From contig CBDEUK010000002.1 in the NCBI GenBank assembly GCA_965243205.1, positions 1,952,001 through 2,016,000 of the forward strand: 64,000 nucleotides of DNA, read 5' to 3'. The notes under the pieces are model-generated. The model made no database searches. It saw only the letters and a program-made list of their open reading frames with translations, and was not told the origin of the DNA. Source of the stretch: Gammaproteobacteria bacterium. GTDB taxonomy: Bacteria; Pseudomonadota; Gammaproteobacteria; Eutrophobiales; Eutrophobiaceae. Below, one piece after another: positions 8,686 through 18,949 of this stretch (positions within the stretch are counted from its first letter, which is position 1; each line of letters opens with the position of its first letter). Made by a program: the position numbers and the translations under genes.

Positions 8686-9072
8686 ATGATTGTCATTTAC
8701 GGGATCAAAGAAAAACTCAATCCGATAAAAGGAAAATTATCAGATGTTATCCATCATTGTATGAGAAACGTTCTTGGTATGCCTGAAGATAAAAGAGCAC
8801 ATCGTTTTATTCCATTAGAAAAAGAGGATTTTTATTATCCTGTTGGTAGAAGCGATGCTTATACTGTTATCGAAATTAACATGATGTCAGGACGAAAACC
8901 TGAAACACAAAAACAATTAATAAAAACACTATTTCAAGAAATAGAAAAACAACTTTCTATTCAAACTATAGATATAGAAATAACCATTAAAGAACAAGCG
9001 CCTTATCAATGGGGTTTTCGAGGTATGACGGGTGATGAAGCAAACGATCTTAAATATAAAGTGAATGTATGA
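8686..9072 (+). CDS. Tautomerase family protein (lacks Pro-1)
   Basis: GMPEDKRAHRF, YTVIEINMMSGR and WGFRGMTGDE motifs. Confidence 0.8.
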   Translation: MIVIYGIKEKLNPIKGKLSDVIHHCMRNVLGMPEDKRAHRFIPLEKEDFYYPVGRSDAYTVIEINMMSGRKPETQKQLIKTLFQEIEKQLSIQTIDIEITIKEQAPYQWGFRGMTGDEANDLKYKVNV

Positions 9073-9142
9073 ACATCATATTCATAAACTGATAATTACA
9101 TTGATTTAATTCAAATAGTAAATGCTCTAATGGAGAAATAGT

Positions 9143-9376
9143 TTGAGTAAAGGCCAATCAAAAAAAATGAGTTTTATTGAAAGCACCGCCAGTATTATTG
9201 CTGGTTATATTATTACGGTGCTTATTCAATATTGGCTTTATCCATTATTTGGCATTAGTATTCCAGCGACAGAAGCTTTGATTATCTCTGTTATCATTGT
9301 TATTGCAGCTTTTATAAAGAATTTTTCTATTCGTCGTTTATTTAATTTTATTCAGGTTCGCAGTGAGTCGAACTAG
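9143..9376 (+). CDS. Small two-TM protein (DUF7220-like)
   Basis: QSKKMSFIES...GY...YPLFGI...RRLF pattern; SD GGAG before TTG. Confidence 0.6.
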   Translation: MSKGQSKKMSFIESTASIIAGYIITVLIQYWLYPLFGISIPATEALIISVIIVIAAFIKNFSIRRLFNFIQVRSESN

Positions 9377-9400
9377 AGATATCTTTGGTGTGGTAAAAAA

Positions 9401-9778
9401 ATGAAAATCAAACGCTTGCTAACCAATATTTGCTCTCAAAATTTAGAACAATCAAAAAAGTTTTATACGTCATTGTTTGCATTTAAAGTAGATTATGACA
9501 GCGATTGGTTTATTCATCTTATATCTGAAGGTAGAGATTTAGAGTTAGGCATCATATCTGAGAACCATGAAATTGTTCCCGCACAAACAAGAGGTAGTAT
9601 TTCAGGTGTTTATCTAACATTTGTGATTGAAGATGTTGATTCTTTTCATCAAAAAGCTAAAAGCTTAGGTTACGAAATATTACAATCTCCTGAAATGACG
9701 CCTTATGGTCAAAAACGTATGTTATTAGTTTCTCCAGAAGGTACAATCTGTGATGTGTCATCACCAACTAATACTTAG
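9401..9778 (+). CDS. VOC/glyoxalase family protein
   Basis: SKKFY..LF....YDSDWF and PYGQKR...SPEGT motifs. Confidence 0.85.
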   Translation: MKIKRLLTNICSQNLEQSKKFYTSLFAFKVDYDSDWFIHLISEGRDLELGIISENHEIVPAQTRGSISGVYLTFVIEDVDSFHQKAKSLGYEILQSPEMTPYGQKRMLLVSPEGTICDVSSPTNT

Positions 9779-9853
9779 AAAGCCATTTGTTTTTTTATGA
9801 AAATGGTCAATATAAATAATGGGGTTACTTAATAGTTTAATAGGAGAGAAAAC

Positions 9854-10252
9854 ATGAATATGAAACGTTTTATCATTGCCGGGATTAGTGCCTTTGTTTT
9901 TGTCTTTTTTTATGAGTTTCTTGTGCATGGTTTTTTGATGCTGGAGCAATATGAACAAACAATGGATGTCTGGCGTCCACAAGAAGAAGCCAATATGTTA
10001 ATTATGACTTTAAGCCAGTTTTTATTTGGAATGGCCGTAGCCTTTTTTTATCCTATTGTTGGGCTAGATACAGATTGTAAAAAAGCGATTCCTTTTGGTG
10101 TTGGGTTAGGCCTTGTTATGGGCGTGCCACAAATTGCTACTTATTGTTATTTACCAATTCCTTTACAAATGAGTTTATCATGGGCTGTGATCGAGTTTAT
10201 AAAAGGTTTGGGCAGTTCAATTATTGTTTCTAAAGTTTACAATTGGAAATAG
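9854..10252 (+). CDS. Four-TM membrane protein (DUF1761-like)
   Basis: SD AGGAG; four hydrophobic segments; FLVHG...Y...WRP. Confidence 0.7.
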   Translation: MNMKRFIIAGISAFVFVFFYEFLVHGFLMLEQYEQTMDVWRPQEEANMLIMTLSQFLFGMAVAFFYPIVGLDTDCKKAIPFGVGLGLVMGVPQIATYCYLPIPLQMSLSWAVIEFIKGLGSSIIVSKVYNWK

Positions 10253-10309
10253 TTTAACGAATCTACCAGCCCGTGGTAACACACGGGCTTTCTAATTCAA
10301 ACGTTATGC
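10252..10309 (+). repeat. attC: Distal attC (58 bp) with intact cores
   Basis: GTTTAAC...AGCCCGTG-GTAACA-CACGGGCT...AATTCAAAC-GTTATGC. Confidence 0.75.
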
Positions 10310-10366
10310 GATAATGGAATGATTGTATCTTTTAACAGATTGTTAGATATATTTTATGTAGAAAAA

Positions 10367-10570
10367 ATGAAAAAATATTTTGTTAAAGTCCCATTAGTTT
10401 TATTCGTTCTTATTTTTGAATCTGCTTGTAGTACGGAACAGATTTACAATGCGTTTCGTGAAAATAGAGTTCAGGAATGTCAACCTTTGAGAGGTTCAGA
10501 AAGAGAACGTTGTTTAGAATCCGTAGAAGATACTCATGATGAGTACCAAGAAAAACGAAAAAACACATAG
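10367..10570 (+). CDS. Small putative lipoprotein
   Basis: MKKYF...SAC signal; mature part has two further Cys; start could be 10319. Confidence 0.6.
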   Translation: MKKYFVKVPLVLFVLIFESACSTEQIYNAFRENRVQECQPLRGSERERCLESVEDTHDEYQEKRKNT

Positions 10571-10603
10571 GTCTAATGAGTAAAATCGAACTTAAATTTT
10601 TAA

Positions 10604-11026
10604 ATGGAATATTCTGCTAACTGCAAGTGTGGAAAAGTTGCAGTACTTCTCTCAATTTCGCATGATATTGAAAACCTTGAGCCTCGAGAATGTGATTGTG
10701 ATTTTTGTAGTTCACATGAATTGATTTATCTGTCGGAATCTAACGGCAAGCTTTCGATAGAAGCACATGATACTCTCAAACAACTAAAACAAGGTTCTGA
10801 ACAAGCCATCTTTTGGCAGTGTGTATTTTGTGATCAAATAATTGCCGTAACCAGCGAGTTTGAAGGAAAAATAAAAGGAGCAGTCAATGGTAAATTGTTT
10901 GCCAAAGATAGAAAACTTAAAACTCCAATCACAGTATCCCCAAAATTACTATCAGCAACGGAAAAGCGTGCACGTTGGCAAACTATGTGGTTAACAGTAA
11001 ATTTCAATATAAAAACACAAACCTAA
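10604..11026 (+). CDS. GFA/CENP-V (aldehyde-activating) Zn-binding protein
   Basis: CKCG, CDCDFC and CVFC motifs; GAVN. Confidence 0.8.
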   Translation: MEYSANCKCGKVAVLLSISHDIENLEPRECDCDFCSSHELIYLSESNGKLSIEAHDTLKQLKQGSEQAIFWQCVFCDQIIAVTSEFEGKIKGAVNGKLFAKDRKLKTPITVSPKLLSATEKRARWQTMWLTVNFNIKTQT

Positions 11027-11045
11027 CTTATTATCAGATTATATT

Positions 11046-11375
11046 ATGGAATTGATTTTTTATCTCTTTATAGTGATTTTTATTAGCATCATGATTTTTT
11101 GGGTTCTAGGTTTTTTATATGGGCTACTTAGAAAACCTGCGATTTATTTTCCTTTCAGTCTTGCCGCAAAAATGGCGTTGGTTGGATTTGTAGGTGTTTG
11201 GTTTTTTATGATAGGAGGAGTTATTCTTCCTGCTTTAATTCTCGACAATGCAATGTCTAAACGATCCGATTATAAGCAATGGCCCACATTAATTGCTGGT
11301 GGCATTATTTCGCTAATATCAATACCTTTAATTTATTATATAGCCCTTGTACTAGCATTCGAAATTCTAGGATAG
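11046..11375 (+). CDS. Three-TM membrane protein, last gene of the array
   Basis: Hydrophobic segments; preceded by an ACCTAAC relic at 11021-11027. Confidence 0.65.
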   Translation: MELIFYLFIVIFISIMIFWVLGFLYGLLRKPAIYFPFSLAAKMALVGFVGVWFFMIGGVILPALILDNAMSKRSDYKQWPTLIAGGIISLISIPLIYYIALVLAFEILG

Positions 11376-11387
11376 GTAATATGAATA

Positions 11388-12473
11388 TTAAGCTTTTATT
11401 AGTTGTGTGAAATTATCTTTGTACAACATTCCCAAAACAAATGCAGATAGAAGTAACAGAGGAATGATCATGCTTATAAATGCAGGAATATTATAAACTA
11501 CGCCTAGATGACCAAATACTTGGTTTAACATGTGAAATAAAATTCCTAATAAACATCCTAGAAAAACACGTTGTCCTACATTATTTTGTCGTGAATGAAT
11601 TTTAATAATCGGCACCGCTATAACCACCATTAAGAAAATCGTAAATGGTTTTGACAACTTAGACCAAAATGCTTGTTCGTATACTTGGCTATTTTGTTCA
11701 TTTTCTTTTAAGTAACTTATGTAACTATATAAACCCCATAGCGTTAAAAACTTAGGTTTAATCGTGATCAGATTTAAAACTTCTGGATTTAATACCGATT
11801 CCCAATTGGCAAGTTTGATGGGTTTGCTAACAATCCCTTCATCCGAAATTAACGATTGTTTAACGTCTTCAAGCTGCCATTTGCCATCGATATAGTTGGC
11901 TTTTTTTGCATAGATACTACTGATTAAAATATTATTATCGGTAAATTCATAAATATAAATATCTTCGACTTCGTTGCCAGAAATAATTTTACGAATATTG
12001 ACAAAATTATTTTCATTGCGTGACCAAAAGCCGTATTTGGTTTGCAGGGTAATTTGTTCCGTCATAGCAATGGATTTGCGATGTTCAGCAGCTTGTTCAG
12101 AATATGGTGCAATGAATTCACTCACAACAAACGCAATCAGAATTAAAATAAAAATGCCTTTGGATAAAATTTTGATTAGATTGGTTTGTGATACACCTGA
12201 CGTCCGAATAATCGCAAGTTCATTTTGACTCGACATCTTACCTAAAGCCATCATGCCACCGATTGCTGCGGCAATTGGAAATAGTTCAGACACCAAGTTA
12301 GGAATTGTTAATAATAAATGCTCTAAAGCTTGCATTACACCATAACGACCTTGACCTGAATCTTCTAGTTCATCAATCAAAGCGAAAAATGCAAAAATGC
12401 CTACTAATACTGCTAGCGCTAAAAAGGTCGAGCGCAGTAATGATGTAGTTAAATAACGGTCGAGTATTCTCAT
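11388..12473 (-). CDS. lptG: LPS export ABC permease LptG
   Basis: MRILDRY, NELAIIRTSGVS; downstream of lptF. Confidence 0.92.
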   Translation of the reverse strand: MRILDRYLTTSLLRSTFLALAVLVGIFAFFALIDELEDSGQGRYGVMQALEHLLLTIPNLVSELFPIAAAIGGMMALGKMSSQNELAIIRTSGVSQTNLIKILSKGIFILILIAFVVSEFIAPYSEQAAEHRKSIAMTEQITLQTKYGFWSRNENNFVNIRKIISGNEVEDIYIYEFTDNNILISSIYAKKANYIDGKWQLEDVKQSLISDEGIVSKPIKLANWESVLNPEVLNLITIKPKFLTLWGLYSYISYLKENEQNSQVYEQAFWSKLSKPFTIFLMVVIAVPIIKIHSRQNNVGQRVFLGCLLGILFHMLNQVFGHLGVVYNIPAFISMIIPLLLLSAFVLGMLYKDNFTQLIKA

Positions 12474-13579
12474 GAGCGTTGTTCAGTATATTCTTGATAA
12501 GAATATTTACGACGACGTTTTTTAATATTACTAATCGCAAATAAAATAAATAAAAATACAATCATTAAAACGTGAACCCACCACAAACCGAGAAAGGGTG
12601 ATAGTTGATCACGACTCAACATAGTTTTTGATATGCCAAGTAAATTGGTATAGATAATATAAATCAATAAGCCAATAAAAATTAAAGTGTATTGTTTGTC
12701 GTTCCATGAAAGACTGTTTAGTAATACAGCTAACATGCTCAATAAAATACAACAAATAATTAGAGAAACACGCCATTGAAATTCGGCTTGATAAGAAGGA
12801 GTATCAGAGTTCATTAATTCTATTGTGCCAATGCCTTTAGGATCACGATGATTTGATTGTTCAGGATCCGTTTTCTCAATTAACACGGCGTAAGTTTCGT
12901 ATTCCGTGATTTGATAGTCTTGCTGACCTGGGTTTCCTACATAACGTCGACCATCTTTAAATACGATGTAACGATTACCTAATTCTTCATCCCACTCAAA
13001 ATTGGCAATATCTGATGAAAGCACACCTAATTTTTTCAATTCTCTGACCTGTAAAAACACATTCGACATGGCTGAGCGATCGGCACTTAAGCTTTCAACA
13101 TATACGACGCGATCACCTTTGCTGAATTCTTTAAAGCGGCCGGCTGTAATACCTGTGATATCTGAATCACGTTTAGCTTGTTCTTTCAATTCAGAAATCC
13201 GACCCTCAGCATACGGTGCGAGATAAAATACTAGACCACTGAATAAGAGTGAAAAGACCAAGGTAAAAGTTAAAGTGCTGGAATATTCAAAAGAACGTCC
13301 AGCCCCTGAAGTATGGAAGATGACTAATTCGTTATCTCGCACTAATCGTGAAAAAGCCAAAATCACCGAGATTAATAAACAAATGGGCAGCATTTTTGGC
13401 AAACTGGCGACAATTTTTAACCAAAGAAAGGTGGTAACGAGTTGAGTCGAAATTTTGCCAGATGCTGCATCGGCTAGATAACCGACATAGTATTTACTAA
13501 TAAATATCAATAGTAAAAGTGCACAGATCGGTAATAACTTATATGCGATCTCTTTGTAGATGTATTTATGTAAGATCAA
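12470..13579 (-). CDS. lptF: LPS export ABC permease LptF
   Basis: RLVRDNEL, GRFKE, DGRRY, AEFQWR; divergent from pepA. Confidence 0.92.
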   Translation of the reverse strand: MILHKYIYKEIAYKLLPICALLLLIFISKYYVGYLADAASGKISTQLVTTFLWLKIVASLPKMLPICLLISVILAFSRLVRDNELVIFHTSGAGRSFEYSSTLTFTLVFSLLFSGLVFYLAPYAEGRISELKEQAKRDSDITGITAGRFKEFSKGDRVVYVESLSADRSAMSNVFLQVRELKKLGVLSSDIANFEWDEELGNRYIVFKDGRRYVGNPGQQDYQITEYETYAVLIEKTDPEQSNHRDPKGIGTIELMNSDTPSYQAEFQWRVSLIICCILLSMLAVLLNSLSWNDKQYTLIFIGLLIYIIYTNLLGISKTMLSRDQLSPFLGLWWVHVLMIVFLFILFAISNIKKRRRKYSYQEYTEQRS

Positions 13580-13714
13580 GAATCGTAACCAAAATATTTA
13601 CAGGATTTTTGCCTAAAGCCGATTAAATGAATACACTGCAACATAACAGATAGTATGACAATGTGACAAACTGTCACCTAAACCATTCAACCAAATTCTG
13701 CGTGGAAAATAACA

Positions 13715-15217
13715 ATGCAAATAGAATTCAGTATCAAAAGCGGTTCACCTGAAAAACAACGCACAACCTGTTTAGTTTTGCCTGTTTTCGAAGGTAGAAA
13801 ACTCTCTGATATAGCGAAAACCATTGATGAAGTTAGTGATAAATTTATTTCAACATTATTAAGACGTGGTGATATCGAGGGCAAAATAGGCCAAACATTG
13901 TTGCTTCATAATGTTCCTAACACCTTAGCTGATAGAGTGTTATTGGTTGGAGCAGGTAAAGAACGTGACTTATCAGATACAAGCTATCGCAAGATTATTT
14001 CTAGTTCAGTACAGTTTTTACGTGGTATTGGTGCACCTGAAGTGGTGAGTTATTTAACCGAATTAAATCTAAAAAATCGTGATATTTACTGGAAAGTTAA
14101 ACAAGCAGTAGAACAAACACGGTCGATCGCGTATGAATTTAACGAATTAAAATCGGGTAAAAAGCCAAAAACTAAGGCATTACGCAAACTGACTTGGACA
14201 GTACCAACCCGTCGTGAATTAACTGCTGGAGAAAAAGCAGTGGCTCATGGTGTCGCTGTTTCGAATGGTATGGACCTAATGCGCGATTTGGGTAACCGTC
14301 CGGGAAATATCTGTACTCCAACCTACCTAGGCAAACAAGCTCAGGCAATGGCGAAAGCGCATCGTAATTTAAAAGTGACAGTACTAGGCGAAAGCCAAAT
14401 GGAAAAACTGGGCATGGGATCTTTATTATCCGTTTCGCAAGGTAGTGAAGAAGAAGCCAAGATGGTTATTTTTGAATACAAAGGTGGTAAAAAAGATGCC
14501 AAGCCTTATGTATTCGTTGGTAAAGGTGTGACCTTTGATACAGGTGGTATCTCCATCAAACCTTCTCCAGCGATGGATGAAATGAAATACGACATGTGTG
14601 GTGCGGCCAGTGTGTTTGGGACCATGCAAGCTGTGGCTGAAATGAAACTGCCATTGAACGTTGTGGGTATTGTTCCAGCAACGGAAAATATGCCGAGTGG
14701 TACGGCAACTAAACCGGGTGATATCTTCAAAAGTATGTCTGGTCAAACCATCGAAGTATTGAATACCGATGCCGAAGGTCGTTTAATTCTTTGTGATGCT
14801 CTAACGTATAGTGAACGTTATGAACCTAAAGCGGTGGTAGATATTGCGACCTTAACAGGTGCATGTGTGATTGCTTTAGGTAAACATGCCTCTGGTTTAA
14901 TGAGTAACCATAACCCATTGGCGCGTGATTTATTAAACGCAGGTGATACCAGTGGTGACAGGGCTTGGCAGTTGCCACTATGGGATGAATACGATCAACA
15001 ACTCCATAGCCCGTTTGCTGATATGGCCAATATCGGTGGTAGAGATGCTGGTACCATTACTGCTGGATGTTTCTTAGGTCGTTTTACAAAAAAACTACAA
15101 TGGGCGCATTTAGATATTGCCGGTACTGCTTGGATTTCGGGTAAGAATAAAGGTGCAACAGGTCGACCAGTGCCATTATTAACGCAATATCTATTGGATA
15201 AGTGTCCTAAATCTTAA
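13715..15217 (+). CDS. pepA: Leucyl aminopeptidase A
   Basis: [18 protein letters not shown] and NTDAEGRL M17 motifs. Confidence 0.97.
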   Translation: MQIEFSIKSGSPEKQRTTCLVLPVFEGRKLSDIAKTIDEVSDKFISTLLRRGDIEGKIGQTLLLHNVPNTLADRVLLVGAGKERDLSDTSYRKIISSSVQFLRGIGAPEVVSYLTELNLKNRDIYWKVKQAVEQTRSIAYEFNELKSGKKPKTKALRKLTWTVPTRRELTAGEKAVAHGVAVSNGMDLMRDLGNRPGNICTPTYLGKQAQAMAKAHRNLKVTVLGESQMEKLGMGSLLSVSQGSEEEAKMVIFEYKGGKKDAKPYVFVGKGVTFDTGGISIKPSPAMDEMKYDMCGAASVFGTMQAVAEMKLPLNVVGIVPATENMPSGTATKPGDIFKSMSGQTIEVLNTDAEGRLILCDALTYSERYEPKAVVDIATLTGACVIALGKHASGLMSNHNPLARDLLNAGDTSGDRAWQLPLWDEYDQQLHSPFADMANIGGRDAGTITAGCFLGRFTKKLQWAHLDIAGTAWISGKNKGATGRPVPLLTQYLLDKCPKS

Positions 15218-15630
15218 TGCCTAAAGTCGATTTTTATGTGCTTTCAGAAAAACACACACCTGATGTGTTTATATGTCAGTTGACACAAAAAATTTGGCAA
15301 CAAGGTCATCAGATCCATATTCATACTGATCATCAACCTCAGGCTGAACAATTAGATACACGACTTTGGACATTTTCTGACATCAGTTTCGTACCTCATG
15401 AGATTTGGTCTGAATCCGTTAACGCACCAGTCACGATTGGATGGCTGAATAATTATTCAGGTAATCAAGAGGTATTGATTAATTTAAATCGGCAAGTGCC
15501 GGAATTTAGTAGTAGCTTTACGCGGATTGCCGAGATCGTGACTTTGGATCAAGCCAATAAGGATATTGGTCGGGAACATTTTCGTTTATATCGAGAAAAA
15601 GGCTACGAACTAGAAAGTCATCAGCTATAG
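15217..15630 (+). CDS. holC: DNA polymerase III chi subunit
   Basis: VDFYVL, LD..LWTF...FVPH, R..FR.YR..GY; follows pepA. Confidence 0.92.
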   Translation: MPKVDFYVLSEKHTPDVFICQLTQKIWQQGHQIHIHTDHQPQAEQLDTRLWTFSDISFVPHEIWSESVNAPVTIGWLNNYSGNQEVLINLNRQVPEFSSSFTRIAEIVTLDQANKDIGREHFRLYREKGYELESHQL

Positions 15631-15637
15631 TAGATCT

Positions 15638-16060
15638 ATGAGTGAATTTGATAATCCAGAAGACGCTAAAGCGGCTATTTTAAGTCGTAAGATTGAAGAG
15701 CTGGAAAATCTGTTAGAGCAGGCAGAGTCCTCTAATCGCCCTGATCCAAAAATACCTATTTTAGATGATTTGGTAGATTACGATGAGGAGTCTGTGATTC
15801 GTCCTAATTATTCAACACCTATTGATATAGAAGCGACACAACCTCTTGAACCTCAATTCAGACCTCTACCTGTTGAGCCAGAGCCTGAACCTGAACCCAT
15901 CAGTAGCGCCGAATTGGATTCTTTGTTTAATGAGATTGAATCCAAAATTTCTACTGAACTCGATGCCCTAGTGGATATCCTCAAAGATACCATCAAAGAT
16001 AGCGTCATGAATGAGCTTAAAACTCGTTTAGCCCAAGCCAAAGAAGATAAAAAGATTTAA
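15638..16060 (+). CDS. Acidic Pro/Glu-rich hypothetical protein between holC and valS
   Basis: IPILDDLV motif, PEPEPEP linker, C-terminal amphipathic helices. Confidence 0.75.
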   Translation: MSEFDNPEDAKAAILSRKIEELENLLEQAESSNRPDPKIPILDDLVDYDEESVIRPNYSTPIDIEATQPLEPQFRPLPVEPEPEPEPISSAELDSLFNEIESKISTELDALVDILKDTIKDSVMNELKTRLAQAKEDKKI

Positions 16061-16149
16061 CGAATAAGCTCACTAAAACAGCCCTGTAAAACCCGCGCAC
16101 TAACGTGCATAATGCGCGGTTTCTGATAAACCCCTAATAATCAATAAAG

Positions 16150-18906
16150 ATGGAAAAAACCTACGACCCGCAAGCGATCGAGTCTCGAATTTACGAAAAC
16201 TGGGAAAATAATAATCACTTCTCACCCAAAGGTGGTGATGACAGTTTTTGTATTATGTTACCGCCACCTAATGTGACGGGTAGCCTGCATATGGGGCATG
16301 CATTCCAACAAACCTTGATGGATGTCTTGATTCGATATAATCGCATGAACGGTGTGAATACCCTATGGCAATGTGGAACTGATCACGCGGGCATCGCTAC
16401 GCAAATGGTAGTCGAACGTCAATTGGCTGCGGATAATGTTTCGCGTCATGATTTAGGTCGAGAACAATTCATCGATAAAGTTTGGGAATGGAAAGAAAAG
16501 TCAGGTAATACCATCACTAAACAATCACGACGTCTTGGAACTTCAATGGACTGGTCGCGTGAGCGTTTTACCTTAGACGATGGTTTATCCGATGCTGTGA
16601 AAGAAGTATTTGTACGTTTATACGATGAAGGATTGATCTATCGTGGTAAGCGTTTAGTAAATTGGGATCCAAAACTTCATACAGCGATCTCTGACCTTGA
16701 GGTTATTTCAGAAGAAGAGAACGGACATCTTTGGCATATGAAATACCCTCGTGTTGATGATAAAGGTTATGTTGTTGTTGCTACTACCCGTCCTGAAACT
16801 ATGTTGGGTGATGCTGCCGTTGCTGTTCATCCTGATGATGAACGTTATCAAGATTTAATTGGTCAAGAAGTTGAACTGCCTTTAACTGGTAGAACCATTC
16901 CAGTGATTGCCGATGATTATGTGGATCCAGAATTTGGAACGGGTTGCGTAAAGATTACCCCTGCACATGACTTTAATGACTATGAAATGGGTCAGCGCCA
17001 TGACTTACCGAAAATTAATATCTTTACGATCGATGCTGCTATCAATGATGAAGCTCCTGAAAAATATCGTGGCTTAGATCGTTATGCGGCACGTAAACAA
17101 ATCATTGCGGATTTAGAGGATCAAGGTTTATTAGATAAGATCGATGATCATAAATTAATGGTACCGCGCGGTGATCGTTCAGGTGTTGTTGTCGAACCAT
17201 ATTTAACCGATCAATGGTATGTAAAGATTCAACCACTTGCTGATCCTGCTATTAAAGCAGTTGAAGATGGTGATATTAAATTCGTTCCTGAAAACTGGGA
17301 TAAAACCTATTTCGAATGGATGCGTAATATTCAAGATTGGTGTATCTCACGTCAGTTATGGTGGGGGCATCGTATTCCTGCTTGGTACGATGAAGAAGGC
17401 AATGTTTATGTTGCTCGCGACGAACAAGAAGTGCGTGAAAAATATAATTTAGGTGATAAACCATTATCTCAAGATAATGATGTATTGGACACTTGGTTTT
17501 CATCCGCACTATGGCCTTTCTCTACTTTAGGATGGCCCGAGAAAACTCCTGAGCTAGAGTCGTTTTATCCTACTAATGTTTTAGTTACTGGTTTTGACAT
17601 TATCTTTTTCTGGGTCGCACGCATGATTATGTTTGGTTTAAAGTTCATGGGCGATGTACCGTTTAAAGAAGTTTATATACATGGCTTAGTGCGTGATGGT
17701 GAAGGCCAAAAGATGTCAAAGTCTAAAGGCAATGTGTTAGATCCAATTGATTTAATCGATGGTATTGAACTTGAGAGCTTAATTCAAAAACGTACTACAG
17801 GTTTAATGCAACCAGAAAAAGCGCCTAAGATAGAAAAGGCGACTCGTAAACATTTCCCAGAAGGTATCGAAGCCTATGGTACAGATTCTTTACGTTTTAC
17901 ATTTGCATCATTAGCCACACAAGGTCGTTTTATTAACTTTGAGATTGGTCGTATTCAAGGTTATCGAAATTTTTGTAATAAATTATGGAATGCTGCGCGT
18001 TATGTAATGATGAGCATAGAAGCTAACCCAATCGATATACACAAAGGAGATAAAGAATTTGGTGTGATTGAATACTGGGTGAATGCAAAGCTTGCCAATA
18101 CATTAGATGAAGTGACACGCAGTATGAACAATTACCGTTTCGATTTAGCATCACAAGCTATGTACGAATTCACTTGGGATGAGTATTGCGATTGGTATTT
18201 GGAATTATCCAAAGCAACATTAAATAATGATATTGCAACAGAAGCGGAAAAACGTGGAACGTTGTTTACATTAGTGAATGTATTAGAAAATATGTTGCGT
18301 ATGATGCATCCATTGATGCCTTTCATTACAGAAGAAATTTGGCAATTGATTAAACCGATTACCAAAGCCGACGGTGATACCATCATGTTGCAAAACTATC
18401 CTCATTCTGATGATTTGAATATTAATGAAGAATCATTGCTGACAGTTGAATGGTTAAAGCAATTTATTTTAGGTGTCAGACGTATCCGTGCTGAGCGTGA
18501 CATAGCGCCTGGTAAACCATTAGCGGTAAAAGTAAAAGGTGGTTCTGAACAAGAACAAGCTTGGTTAACGTCAACCAAAGAATCAATCCAATTTTTAGGT
18601 CGTATTGAATCGATTGAAACCATAGAGCAAGAACCCGAAGATGCTGTGATTGCCTTAGCGGGTGATATGACCTTAATGGTACCTTTGGCGGATATCATCG
18701 ATCCTGCACAAGAAAAGATTCGATTAGAAAAAGAAATCGAAAAAGCTGACAAAGAAGTTTCAATCTTTCAAAAGAAATTAAGCAATGAAAATTTTGTTAG
18801 CCGAGCTCCAGAAGAAGTCGTTGCTAAGGAAAAAGAAAAGTTAGCGAACTCAGAAAGTAGTTTAGAAAAACTGAAACAGCAATTGGAAAGAATTTCGAAA
18901 CTTTAA
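16150..18906 (+). CDS. valS: Valine--tRNA ligase
   Basis: [25 protein letters not shown] and KMSKS motifs. Confidence 0.98.
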   Translation: MEKTYDPQAIESRIYENWENNNHFSPKGGDDSFCIMLPPPNVTGSLHMGHAFQQTLMDVLIRYNRMNGVNTLWQCGTDHAGIATQMVVERQLAADNVSRHDLGREQFIDKVWEWKEKSGNTITKQSRRLGTSMDWSRERFTLDDGLSDAVKEVFVRLYDEGLIYRGKRLVNWDPKLHTAISDLEVISEEENGHLWHMKYPRVDDKGYVVVATTRPETMLGDAAVAVHPDDERYQDLIGQEVELPLTGRTIPVIADDYVDPEFGTGCVKITPAHDFNDYEMGQRHDLPKINIFTIDAAINDEAPEKYRGLDRYAARKQIIADLEDQGLLDKIDDHKLMVPRGDRSGVVVEPYLTDQWYVKIQPLADPAIKAVEDGDIKFVPENWDKTYFEWMRNIQDWCISRQLWWGHRIPAWYDEEGNVYVARDEQEVREKYNLGDKPLSQDNDVLDTWFSSALWPFSTLGWPEKTPELESFYPTNVLVTGFDIIFFWVARMIMFGLKFMGDVPFKEVYIHGLVRDGEGQKMSKSKGNVLDPIDLIDGIELESLIQKRTTGLMQPEKAPKIEKATRKHFPEGIEAYGTDSLRFTFASLATQGRFINFEIGRIQGYRNFCNKLWNAARYVMMSIEANPIDIHKGDKEFGVIEYWVNAKLANTLDEVTRSMNNYRFDLASQAMYEFTWDEYCDWYLELSKATLNNDIATEAEKRGTLFTLVNVLENMLRMMHPLMPFITEEIWQLIKPITKADGDTIMLQNYPHSDDLNINEESLLTVEWLKQFILGVRRIRAERDIAPGKPLAVKVKGGSEQEQAWLTSTKESIQFLGRIESIETIEQEPEDAVIALAGDMTLMVPLADIIDPAQEKIRLEKEIEKADKEVSIFQKKLSNENFVSRAPEEVVAKEKEKLANSESSLEKLKQQLERISKL

Positions 18907-18949
18907 TTTTTATTTCTGTCATAATTCACTATAAGAATTATGGCCGATT

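Larger units (their letters stand above)
1332..11375. mobile_element. Sedentary chromosomal integron: intI, attI and a 20-ORF cassette array
   Basis: intI divergent from 20 short co-oriented ORFs separated by attC repeats or their relics; flanked by housekeeping rdgB and lptG; no transposase seen. Confidence 0.9.

Noticed and set aside
16088-16122. GC-rich inverted repeat upstream of valS as a T-box or riboswitch
   Set aside because: Too short and no T-box motif; better explained as a CATAAT -10 with a GC-rich discriminator, or a weak terminator
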